From contig NC_134472.1 in NCBI RefSeq assembly GCF_964194025.1, positions 27,094,001-27,158,000 on the forward strand: a DNA stretch of 64,000 nt. The letters are read 5' to 3'. The position numbers and the translations under genes are program-made. Below the pieces are notes generated by a model. That model was given only the letters and a program-made list of their open reading frames with translations. It was not told where the DNA came from and did not search any database. The DNA comes from Convolutriloba macropyga (taxonomy: Eukaryota). This document shows, piece after piece, positions 14,163 to 23,979 of the stretch. Within the stretch, counting starts at the first letter, position 1; each line of letters opens with the position of its first letter.

Positions 14163-14198
14163 TTTTTACTCTTATTATAAATTTTCAATACATATAAA

Positions 14199-15101
14199 AT
14201 GACTAAACTAGATAAACTTATAGAATTAAACAATCTAGAAAAACAAAACAGAAGAAATAGATTAGAAGATAAATTAAAACAACAAGATTATTCTGGTGAA
14301 TTAGAAGAGTTTTTCGATCCTTTAACTAAAACTATCAGTGAAACTGCTTCGCAGATAAACGCAAACAATGAACAGAATCTAGCATTAAGTGAACAAACAT
14401 TAAGAGCAATAGATTGGCAAAATCAAGAGTTAGATAAACAAACTAAGATGATCGAGCAAGCTGGTTCCCAGTTTAATGAAACTGCTTCCAAGATGGGTGA
14501 AACCGCTTCGCAGATTGGTGAAACGTTAAAGGGGACCATAAAGCAAACTCAAGATATAGCACCAGTTTATGTTGATACAAAAACAGCCAAACTTCTTCAT
14601 GACATGGGGGCTCAAACTAATCCTCAATTAAAATTAGAACTCGTAGATTTACCTAGTAGGAGATATAAAATGAATGGTGTTGATATAACTCTAGAGCAGG
14701 GTGCATTTTTAGTTAGGGATAATGTATATGAGTTTTCAGAAGGATTTACTGATTTTCTTACTAAAACAAATGTAACATATGATGATAAGGTTGAGGAAGA
14801 TGAAAACAAAATTAAAAGGTTTTTAAAGGATATTAGATATGATGTAGGAAAAGGGGATAAGAAAAGCGCTAGATATAGAACAATAAAACGTATAATGGAG
14901 GTAAGAGATGATATATTTGGCAGGGGATTAAATGGCAACCCAAATAATTTAGTAGAAAGACTAGAATTATTAATACTAGAAACAAAAGCTGGTCATGATG
15001 GGTTATATGATGAAATGCTAGATATATCTAAGCAACTATTATCTATGAATATTATTAATCAAAACCAACAAGATAATTTGGTTTTTAATTATGGTAAATA
15101 G
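14199..15101 (+). CDS. Polinton-associated coiled-coil protein
   Basis: 300 aa; C-terminal GRGL..NPNNLVERLELLILETKAGHDGLYDEM resembles a motif recurrent in animal Polinton ORFs (from recall). Confidence 0.7.
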   Translation: MTKLDKLIELNNLEKQNRRNRLEDKLKQQDYSGELEEFFDPLTKTISETASQINANNEQNLALSEQTLRAIDWQNQELDKQTKMIEQAGSQFNETASKMGETASQIGETLKGTIKQTQDIAPVYVDTKTAKLLHDMGAQTNPQLKLELVDLPSRRYKMNGVDITLEQGAFLVRDNVYEFSEGFTDFLTKTNVTYDDKVEEDENKIKRFLKDIRYDVGKGDKKSARYRTIKRIMEVRDDIFGRGLNGNPNNLVERLELLILETKAGHDGLYDEMLDISKQLLSMNIINQNQQDNLVFNYGK

Positions 15102-15254
15102 GTGAAACCATGACTACGTCCATGAGGGAACCTGCTTCGCAGATTGACCTGCGGTCCTAAGTCTAATTATAATTCTTAGTCTAATTGTAAGACTCATTAT
15201 AAGTCTAATTACAAGACTAATTATTATTTTAATTATATGTAAACAAATACAAAG

Positions 15255-15980
15255 ATGACAAGAAATAGATTCAATCAAGCTAAACATAAATCAACATCAA
15301 CAAACAACTTGACACTAAGTAAGGCTCGTGATTTATTCCTAGAAGATAATGATGATATTGATATGAAGGATACCTATAAAATTACAAATGTTCATCCTCC
15401 TAGAGATGAAAAAGATGTTGTTAATAAAGAGTATTGTGACAATAACTTATTATCCTCTTCTAATAAAATCGGTGAAACCGCTTCGCGGATAGACATTTTA
15501 AGTAGAAACATAACTGAACTAAGAAAGGGTGACTTTGATAAAGTTACAACTAAAACATTACAACTAAATGAAACACAAGTTAATGAAGAACTAATTAATG
15601 AGTTTATTGAATCAACAAATGAAGTCAGAAATACTGTTAAGTTTTGTAATAAAGTTGCTGCAGATACTATCTCTAAATATAATCAATTAAAGCAAGAATT
15701 TGATAATAATAAGTTTAATCAGAATATAACTAACATACACTTAGATGAAATGTTTGCTAACGGTCTGAGAGAAATGAAAGAATACAATAAATCTCTTAGA
15801 GGTGTTATAGTACAATATATAATTGCTATACTTTTACAAAGTAAGTTACTTGATAATAAAGAGAAAGAAAGACTTGAGATGCATTATAGTTTTAATCAAG
15901 AAGATATAATGAAAGAAATAGAAAGAATTTTTACTAATGAAATTAAGCAAAGCAATGACCAATCCAACAGCACCGAGTGA
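15255..15980 (+). CDS. Hypothetical Polinton protein
   Basis: 241-aa ORF; ITNVHPPRDEKDVVNKEYCD resembles a fibre/adhesin-type repeat; coiled-coil remainder. Confidence 0.55.
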   Translation: MTRNRFNQAKHKSTSTNNLTLSKARDLFLEDNDDIDMKDTYKITNVHPPRDEKDVVNKEYCDNNLLSSSNKIGETASRIDILSRNITELRKGDFDKVTTKTLQLNETQVNEELINEFIESTNEVRNTVKFCNKVAADTISKYNQLKQEFDNNKFNQNITNIHLDEMFANGLREMKEYNKSLRGVIVQYIIAILLQSKLLDNKEKERLEMHYSFNQEDIMKEIERIFTNEIKQSNDQSNSTE

Positions 15981-16540
15981 GAGATTACTATATCCAGATT
16001 TGTCATCAGTATCAGAAAGATTGATACGCGAAGCTGCTGCTTTCAATGAACAGCAGATAAACGAAAAGATTCAAGCTAATAATAAATTTAACAACAATAT
16101 TAACATTATAAAAGATATTAGAAATTATTATGAAACTGAAACTAATAACTATAATAAGAAGTTAAGTAGATATAAGAATTATATTGACATAGCTGAGATA
16201 ACAGAAATAGTATTATCATCAATAGCAACAATTGCAACAACAACATCAGTTTCATTAACAGGTATAGGATTAGCTTATTCTATACCAACAGCTTTTGCTA
16301 CAGCAACTGTTTGTGGTTCATTATCAAAAACAATTAATACTAAAATTAGAAATAAAATTATATAGTATTCACAAATGTAGATTTTAAGTAAACAGTTTAG
16401 TGATAAGTTTAATAAACTATATACTAAATCAATGAATGATAATAAAATAGATAATGATGAGTATAATGACTTTGTTAAGTTATATGAGGATTATAAGAAG
16501 AACAAGAAGAATAAGTTGAGTATTTTTTTAGATTAAAGAT
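15937..16540 (+). pseudogene. Membrane-associated Polinton protein (hydrophobic hairpin), with premature stops
   Basis: IVLSSIATIATTTSVSLTGIGLAYSIPTAFATATVCG; frame continues past TAG at 16363 and 16378 into ...SMNDNKIDNDEYNDFVKLYEDY. Confidence 0.6.
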
Positions 16541-16722
16541 ATTAGTGCTTAGTAATAACAATGTTTTTAGTAATAATAATATTAGTTTTAATATTTATCC
16601 GCGAAGCGGTTACACCGATCGATAAATATATAATCATAATCTTAGTTATAATCATAATCATAAACATAATATAATCATAATATAATCATAAACATAATAT
16701 AATCATAATTATAATCAAATAA

Positions 16723-17142
16723 TTATCTTTTCTTTGTACCTAAGTATAACCCTCTTCCTTTTTGTACTACTTTTATACCTTCACCAGTAGTAGCAAATTT
16801 AATTAAATCAGGTGTGGCTGATAAAGCAGCTCTAGGGTTTCTAGATGCAGCTGCACTTCCTATTTTACTTGCTATTTCTAATGCTCTTACTGGATTATTA
16901 GCTACTTTCTTTCCAAAGTTAACTGTAGCCCTACCAACACTGTTAAAGAAATCTCTAAGTCCTTCTGCTTCTATTGTTGCATCAGATACTGTCATTGATT
17001 TATTCCTTCTACATAAAACACAATTACCTTTTAACATCTTAGTTCCTTTTGAAGTAATAGCTCCTCTTATATTAACAGTACCACTATAATGTCTACCTCC
17101 AACACAATATGAATTAGTTTTGAACTTATTTAAAAGACTCAT
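16723..17142 (-). CDS. Basic core-like protein (DUF5679-like Cys motif plus amphipathic helix)
   Basis: YCVGGRH...GTKMLKGNCVLCRRNKS, then EAEG-LRDFFNSVGRATVNFGKKV and C-terminal KGRGLYL. Confidence 0.65.
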   Translation of the reverse strand: MSLLNKFKTNSYCVGGRHYSGTVNIRGAITSKGTKMLKGNCVLCRRNKSMTVSDATIEAEGLRDFFNSVGRATVNFGKKVANNPVRALEIASKIGSAAASRNPRAALSATPDLIKFATTGEGIKVVQKGRGLYLGTKKR

Positions 17143-17160
17143 TTCTTTATATAAAAAATA

Positions 17161-17328
17161 ATGGAAGTTAAAAAGTATAATCCTTTTGTTGTTATTAAAC
17201 CCAAGCCTAAGCCTAAGGTTAAGCCCAAGCCCAAGGTTAAGCTTGAAGCTAGAGGTTTGGCTCTAGAGAATAAAAAGAAATTAGACATTATTTATGCTAA
17301 AAGTTTTGTTAATACTAATAAGAAATAG
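17161..17328 (+). CDS. Small Lys/Pro-rich basic protein (55 aa; below ORF-track cutoff)
   Basis: Manual translation MEVKKYNPFVVIKPKPKPKVKPKPKVKLEARGLALEN...; preceded by TATATAAAAATA; divergent from the 17142 ORF. Confidence 0.5.
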   Translation: MEVKKYNPFVVIKPKPKPKVKPKPKVKLEARGLALENKKKLDIIYAKSFVNTNKK

Positions 17329-17446
17329 TTAGGTATTAACAAGAGTAACAATTAGAGCTGACTAGCTATAAATTTAAGTACAAGTATATGGTTATGTATA
17401 AGTATAAGTATATAATTATGACAATAACTATATTATACTATAATTA

Positions 17447-17565
17447 TAAATTATCGCTAGAGTTATATCTAAAATTATAATTATCGCTAGAGTTATATCT
17501 AAAATTATAATTATCGCTAGAGTTATATCTATGACTTAAATTATATCTATGACTTAAATTATATC
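17447..17565. repeat. Minisatellite (about 29-bp unit x3, then about 19-bp unit x2)
   Basis: ATAATTATCGCTAGAGTTATATCTAAAAT repeated, then ATGACTTAAATTATATCT repeated. Confidence 0.85.
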
Positions 17566-18809
17566 TATGATATTATATCAACCATCTTATTACCATCACT
17601 ATTCAAACTAATAACCTTTCTAGTTAATACTAATGCATGACATATAACATCTGCAACTGCAGCACTAAATTTAAAATTAAGTTGTATTGGTTGTGGACCT
17701 ATATGATCACTTTGATATCTAGTATCAAATACATATATTCTATAACTACTCTTGAATGTTCTATGATTTATATATGGTTTTATATTATGTGGTAGCCCAT
17801 TATAATCTTTATTAAAGCTAACAATCTCTTTAAAAGCCTCATTATAATTATTGGTTCCATAATTAATATTCTTTCTATCCTCGGGATAAAACTCACTACC
17901 AATCTTACAATAACATTCAGTAACATTCATTACATCAAATGTACTTGCATCATGAGTTTGTTCATTAACATTATTATTTTCAAAACCAACTATTATATAT
18001 TGCGGTCTTTCCATACCACTTTCCGTACCTAGATCAAACAAGAAGTTAGTAGCATTGGGTACATTCTTATAAAATGTCTTTCTTTCATAATAACTAAAGT
18101 CTACATTATTCTTTTTATTTAATCCTTTCTGCACAATAATTCTATTATCATTACTAGGATCAATACTAGGTACACACCATGATATATCTCTAATTTCTAT
18201 ATTACCATCATTGGCAACTGCACCACGATTAGCATTAACTCTATATAGAGCTCTCTCATTATTATTCCTTTTTAATATTAGTTTAAATCCTAAACCATAT
18301 ATAATCTTTTCTAAATCATTTACGAAACCAAATAGATCACTCATCTTAATCATCATATACATATGTCCTCATTGTGCAGCAATATGGTCACCTTTAAGTT
18401 GACTATCTCTATTGCCCTGATTTCTAACAAAACCACTCTCATATTCATCACCAGTACTAGTTAATAACTTATACATCAATAGATTAGGATGACAATGATC
18501 TATATATTCAATATTCCTACCACCACTAGTTTCAAGCTTAATTGAACTAAACAATGCCATCATACCATAATTACCTAATCTAATATTAGCATCATTAGCA
18601 AATACACCACCAGCATCATCTGATACAACAAACTCTATCTCTAGACATGAATCACGCAAATTTAAGTGATTCTCTTCTCTATTGAGTATGATATCAATAT
18701 TGTTATTAACCGTATTCATTGTTGCTAGATTATTAGGTTTATATTTTATAATCTTACTTTTATGTATATCATTATTATAACCATAAGTTGTATCCAAACT
18801 AAAATCCAT
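17565..18809 (-). pseudogene. Double jelly-roll major capsid protein, frameshifted at about 18365
   Basis: Two ORFs (18369..18809 and 17565..18362): DSCLEIEF, ALFSSIKLETSGGRNIE, RPQYIIVGF, KIGSEFYP, IYVFDT; about 415 aa combined. Confidence 0.85.
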
Positions 18810-18825
18810 TTTTATTAGATAAAAA

Positions 18826-19668
18826 ATGACAGACAACTTGATTTTATATGAACTACAAAATATACACGAAGCTTTAACTAAAACTAAAAAAGAGCATACA
18901 CTTAACTTTAGAATGATAAAACCAACAGAAAAGTTTAACTTTAGTGAACCTATACTTAATACAACAAAATTAGGTTTAATTAGATTATCTGTTTATAATT
19001 CGGTGTTTAATGTGAATAGGAGAAATAATCAATTCTTATATGCTAGTACTGTTATAGAAGATGATGAAGCTTTACCTCGGGCTCTTATCTCTGACCCTAA
19101 CCTTAACCCTATCTCTACCTCAAGCCCAAACATTACATCTATACTTAATCATAATTATAAAGGAATCCCGTTGCTATATTCAACTATTACACCGGGAGCA
19201 TATGAGTTAACTGACATAGCAGAATTAATAAAAGAAGAAACTGATGGTAATGTTATAATAGAACCTGATAAGAATACGATGAAATGTTTAATGGAAATAA
19301 AACAAGGAGTAATCAGCTTTGATATAGAAAACTCACTAGCCTCCTTACTAGGATTTAGAAAAATAATTTATAAAAAAGGTAGATATAAATCTCAGAAAAT
19401 TATTGATATTATGGGTTTTAGTACTATTAACATTCATTGTAATGTGATATCTGAAGCTAAAGATAATGGTAAAGAGGCAGACATACTATATACTTTTAAT
19501 CTAACTGAACCACCAGGTTACTTGATAAATATTATACCAACTAATATCTTGTATCCAAATGTAACTAAAGATAGAATAGAATATATTGAATTTCATATTA
19601 AAGATGAGCATGGAAGACCTATAGACTTTAATGGTGATGTATTAAGTTTTACTTTACATCTGTGTTAA
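18826..19668 (+). CDS. Single jelly-roll minor capsid protein (penton)
   Basis: SVYNSVFNV, ITPGAYEL, SLASLLGF, INIHCNVI, IEFHIKDEHGRPIDFNGDVLSFTLHL. Confidence 0.85.
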   Translation: MTDNLILYELQNIHEALTKTKKEHTLNFRMIKPTEKFNFSEPILNTTKLGLIRLSVYNSVFNVNRRNNQFLYASTVIEDDEALPRALISDPNLNPISTSSPNITSILNHNYKGIPLLYSTITPGAYELTDIAELIKEETDGNVIIEPDKNTMKCLMEIKQGVISFDIENSLASLLGFRKIIYKKGRYKSQKIIDIMGFSTINIHCNVISEAKDNGKEADILYTFNLTEPPGYLINIIPTNILYPNVTKDRIEYIEFHIKDEHGRPIDFNGDVLSFTLHLC

Positions 19669-19798
19669 CAACTTCGTTGATCTGATTTACACTTACACTT
19701 ATCTGCGAAGCAGGTTCCTCGATACTTGTACTTACACTTATCTACGAAGCAGGTTCCCTGATACTTGTACTTAGACTTAGACTTACACTTAAATTAAA

Positions 19799-20600
19799 CT
19801 ACAAAACTCTCCGATCCCAATTAATTCTTAGTTTACCATTAATATTTTTATTTTTAGTTATATCAATGACAATATAATTATAAGGCTCTTTCCATACCTT
19901 ATTACATATATTAGCAAAATCATTATAACTAAGTTCAACATTATTAAAGAAATCTTGATATATAGATATGAGGACTTTACCTCTCTGTTCAAATAAAATA
20001 AATAGATTACAGTTCTCTCTAACACTCTGCCTATCCAGAGAGAACAGGTTTTGATTAAGATATATCATATTACGTCTATATAACAGTTATTATGTCTACC
20101 TCTACAAAAGTATTCATTAATAACTGGTTCTTTGGCTCTAACATCATCGAATATCATTAGTTTCTTTAAATCTTTGGGTAGTTTATCGGGAGATGGTGAA
20201 TCTTTTATATCTTTAATAGATTCAACATCTGCTTTTGGGTTTATTCTTTCTATACCATGGTACTGATCACCAGTAGGTCCAATGATGTATAGCTTATCAA
20301 AGTATATACTAGCTAGAATTAGTTTTTAATAAGAATGTCTTACCACATTCTCTAGGACCAGATATTATACATCTAAAGTTATCTGGGAATGCGGCTTCAG
20401 TAATTATATCATCATTTAGCCATGAATATAGATCTTCATTTATTTTTACAGATATCGGTGAAACCGCTTCATGGATATTATTAGTAGGACTATTACTAAT
20501 GCTATTACTATTGCTATTCCTATTATATTTACTCCTTTGATATTTTTCATCAAATAGATATATAAAATTAACTCTATCATTATCATTATCATTATAATGA
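19799..20600 (-). pseudogene. A32/FtsK-like packaging ATPase 1, two frameshifts
   Basis: Walker A IISGPRECGKT; manual translation of 20160-20083 gives LMIFDDV...YFCRGRHNNC; then IYLNQNLF...VRENCNLFILF. Confidence 0.88.
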
Positions 20601-21122
20601 TCTACTTCGTAGATCATTAACATTATCATTATCACTATCTGTATCACCACCTCTTCTACAATTCAAACAAAAACACTCATTATATATTCCTGGATATTTA
20701 CATTGATTAACTAGAATATTCAAAGCACTTTTAATTCCAAATCCTCTATAAATAAGATAGATCATATATAAACAATAAGCCCCACAATAAGATTCATCAA
20801 ATTGTTGTATTCTCTCATTAGAGCCTAGATCAACATATTCTTCTAAAAATAAAGGTGGAGTTTCTACACCAAAACTATCGAAGTAATATGTTGGACCACC
20901 TTCTCTTCTTATAACTAAAACCCAATGTGTACCTTCAGTTGGATGTAGATTTACAATAATGTTAGAGTTAGTTTCACTTACCATTTCTGGTTTATCTCTC
21001 ATTACAATCTCAATTGGTGTTAGACTTATATCTTTACCTATATCTTTTATTCTGATATCACTCATAGCATTATTATCAATATTAAATTTATTATTGAATT
21101 CCTCAAAAGTTAGGATGAGCAT
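20592..21122 (-). CDS. Adenain-like cysteine protease (virion maturation)
   Basis: IVNL..GTHWV, YYFDSFG, RIQ..ESYCGAYC (His/Asp/Gln/Cys catalytic set). Confidence 0.92.
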   Translation of the reverse strand: MLILTFEEFNNKFNIDNNAMSDIRIKDIGKDISLTPIEIVMRDKPEMVSETNSNIIVNLHPTEGTHWVLVIRREGGPTYYFDSFGVETPPLFLEEYVDLGSNERIQQFDESYCGAYCLYMIYLIYRGFGIKSALNILVNQCKYPGIYNECFCLNCRRGGDTDSDNDNVNDLRSRSL

Positions 21123-21196
21123 TTTTATATAATAAATTTATTAAATCTAAGTCTATAAGTCTAAATCTAAATCAAATCTATATTTATTATATAAAA

Positions 21197-22853
21197 ATGG
21201 AAACAGGTAGTGCAGTTTTTATTTTTATTATTATAATTGCAATTTGTTATATAATATATGATTCAAGACCAAGTAAATATACAAAACTAGAAGAAAGCTT
21301 TGGTGGATTTATGAATAGGAGTCTAGTTAGATTTGAATATGAAAAGTCACCACTACATACTATTGTTTATGGTGGAACTGGAACGGGTAAAACATATTTT
21401 ATTAGACAATACTTAAAGTTATACTTAGACCATGATCAAGTTCAAGATCAAGTTCAACATCAAATTCAAGATCAAGTTCAACATCAAGTTCAACATCAAG
21501 TTCAAGATCAAGTTCAACATCAAGTTCAAGATCAAGTTCAACATCAATTTCAAGATCAAGACCAAAGGTCCATAGTTATAGTTTGTAAAGATGACAGAGA
21601 CTGGATAGATCCTGAGTGTAATAAGTTTTATACTGGGTTTAATAAATGTGATATAAATATGATCACAAAAAATAATATGCATAAATTACAAAATTGTGTA
21701 ATAGTACTTGATGATATGGGTGATAGGTTAAATAAGGATATAGGTTATTATTTTACTGAAGGTAGACATTATAATATTCAAATGATTGTAATGTGTCATA
21801 AACCAGCTCAAATAATTAATACAGCAAGAATGAGTTGTGATACTATTTATTTAACAACTTTTATTGGACCTGACCTATTTAAAAACTTTAATGAGATATA
21901 TAAATGTGAACATGATTTCAATAAAATAATTAGTGAATTAAATAGTAACTATTATAATTGTATAGATGGAATGTCAGATGAACTTCGTTATGGTATAATT
22001 AAATATAATAAAAAGGAAAATACTTTTATTATTATTAGTAGTAATAGAACAATGATATATGATTCAAGAGTTGGTTTCCTTGATTTAAAAGCTCTTAGTT
22101 TAAAAGATGATTTAGAAAGAGAAGATATAAATAAACTTATAGCATATATGAAACCACTAATGATTAATGCAACAGATAGAAATGTTATTAATCATGATAA
22201 TTATCAGTTTTATTTTAATAAACTTCTTACTTTAAATAATATTAAAATTCAGAATGATGTTTTAACAAAAGAGATGATTAAAGGAAAGGGTATGAAAATT
22301 TTATCAAATATTGGTGGAATTATAGGCACAGGTTTATTTTTATTTAATTGTTTTTATCCTGATTCAATATCAAGAAATGCTGGAACTGTAGCAATGGGAG
22401 CAAGCACAATGTTGAGTAGAGTAAATACATTAGTTAATGTTGGATACGGAGTTGGAAGGTGAAACACGGACAAAGTCCGATTCCTCGATCTGCGAAGCAG
22501 GTTCCATGATCCAAGAGGAATATATAGATCAAGGAAGCAGTTATACTGATCAGTGTAACTGTGACTTCGTCAATGAAGAGATGGGAATTTTGAATAGAAA
22601 GGGAGGAAAGTTTTTAAACAAACTATATATAAATAATGAAGAATTTAGAGAAGAGATTATAAATTTTGTTAAAGATAAAAAAGAATTAGACCTTGATTTG
22701 ATCTTAGATAAGAGATGTAAAACTAATACACTCAATACTTTAGGAAATAAGTATTTAGCAGAGTGTATCACATCTAAAGATAATACTAAAGATTTAATTG
22801 AAATCATGGCTAAATATTATCCACGAAGTTTGTACACCGATTCTACAGCATAG
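21197..22853 (+). CDS. Second A32/FtsK-like ATPase with N-terminal TM segment and Q/D/V/H repeat; frameshift at about 22450
   Basis: HTIVYGGTGTGKT, VIVLDD, FTEGRHYNIQMIVMCH, ARMSCD; hydrophobic AVFIFIIIIAICYII; continues as 22437..22853. Confidence 0.85.
21430..21562 (+). repeat. Hexamer-period coding repeat (CAAGAT/CAAGTT/CAACAT)
   Basis: Encodes (QDQVQH)n. Confidence 0.9.
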
Positions 22854-22925
22854 CTAATATTATCTGCGAAGCAGTTTGGTAAACCACGAACAAAGTTCGT
22901 TCACTGATAATTTTATCTATTCAAA

Positions 22926-23561
22926 ATGCTTTTACAATGTTTAGAGTGTAACTATAAATGTGGAAACATTGCTGTTTTAAAATATCATTATGAATCATTT
23001 CATAAAGATAAAACTGATAAATGTATGTGTGGTAATATAATATTAAGTGGTATTTGTGCTAATGATTTTTCCCCATGGGGTTGTTCTTTAAAAAATGAAT
23101 CTAGTTCTAGTTCTAATTCTAGTTCTAACCCTAGTTCTAATTCTAGTTCTAACCCTAGTTATAATTCTATTTCTAACCCTAGTTCTAGTTCTAACCCTAA
23201 TTCTAACTCTAGTTCTAACCCTAGTTCTAGTTCTGGTTCTAACCCCAGTTCTAGCTCTAGTTCTGGTTCTGGTTCTATCTATGACTATAACTCTAACTCA
23301 GATCCTAACCCCAACCCTAACCTTATCCCTAACCCTAACCTTATCCCTAACCCTAACCTTAACCCCAGCTCAGAAGTATTAACTAGATGTTGTAATAAGT
23401 GTAATTATATAAAACCACTAAATAATTTTGATGAGGGTAAGTATACATGTAGAAGTTGTACTTCAGCTAAAGTTAATTGTCCATATTGTACTTCTGTTGT
23501 GAGATATGGTGGGATACGGGCTCATGTAAAGAAACAACATCCAGATATAGAATTGACTTGA
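22926..23561 (+). CDS. Zinc-finger protein with Ser/Asn/Pro low-complexity linker
   Basis: CLEC..H..H, CNKC..CRSC, CPYC..HVKKQH; TCTAGT and CCTAAC repeats at 23100-23366. Confidence 0.65.
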   Translation: MLLQCLECNYKCGNIAVLKYHYESFHKDKTDKCMCGNIILSGICANDFSPWGCSLKNESSSSSNSSSNPSSNSSSNPSYNSISNPSSSSNPNSNSSSNPSSSSGSNPSSSSSSGSGSIYDYNSNSDPNPNPNLIPNPNLIPNPNLNPSSEVLTRCCNKCNYIKPLNNFDEGKYTCRSCTSAKVNCPYCTSVVRYGGIRAHVKKQHPDIELT

Positions 23562-23979
23562 GGATTTAGTAGAAATATAACTGATCGGTGTAACCGCTTC
23601 GGGGATAAATTAATTAATCCTAGTTGGCTAAGTCCTAGAGCTGTAAGTCCTTTAGTTATTAACCAAACAGAGGAAAGTTGTTCATGTAAATACTATAATT
23701 TTGTATCATTTCTTATTAATAATGGAATAAATATAGAAAAAATAAAAGAAAATATAAATTTATTGAAAAGTATAGATAATTTGAAATAAAAAGTATAAAA
23801 AAATTTAAAAAATATCAAAAAAGAGGGATTCACTCTTTAAGAGCGAAAAAGAGCGATCTTTTCTACTGGGGATCACTCCGAATAAGAGTGAATCACTCTT
23901 AAAGAGTGAAATGTAAATTTTGCTTTGATTTTTTGATTTTTTTTGTTTTTATTTTGGATTTTAATTGATTTTTTTATTG

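Noticed and set aside
21425-21682. ORFs with LMLNLIL or LVLVL repeats (also 23095..23382)
   Set aside because: Alternative-frame shadows of hexamer repeats in real genes
23305-23366. Telomere-like (CCCTAA)n tract
   Set aside because: Short, degenerate, in frame as (NP)n within a zinc-finger ORF and 750 bp from the end; explained by the element's general hexamer expansions
14334-23606. Recurrent 23-mer as a CRISPR-like array
   Set aside because: Irregular spacing, both orientations, inside genes, eukaryotic context, no cas genes
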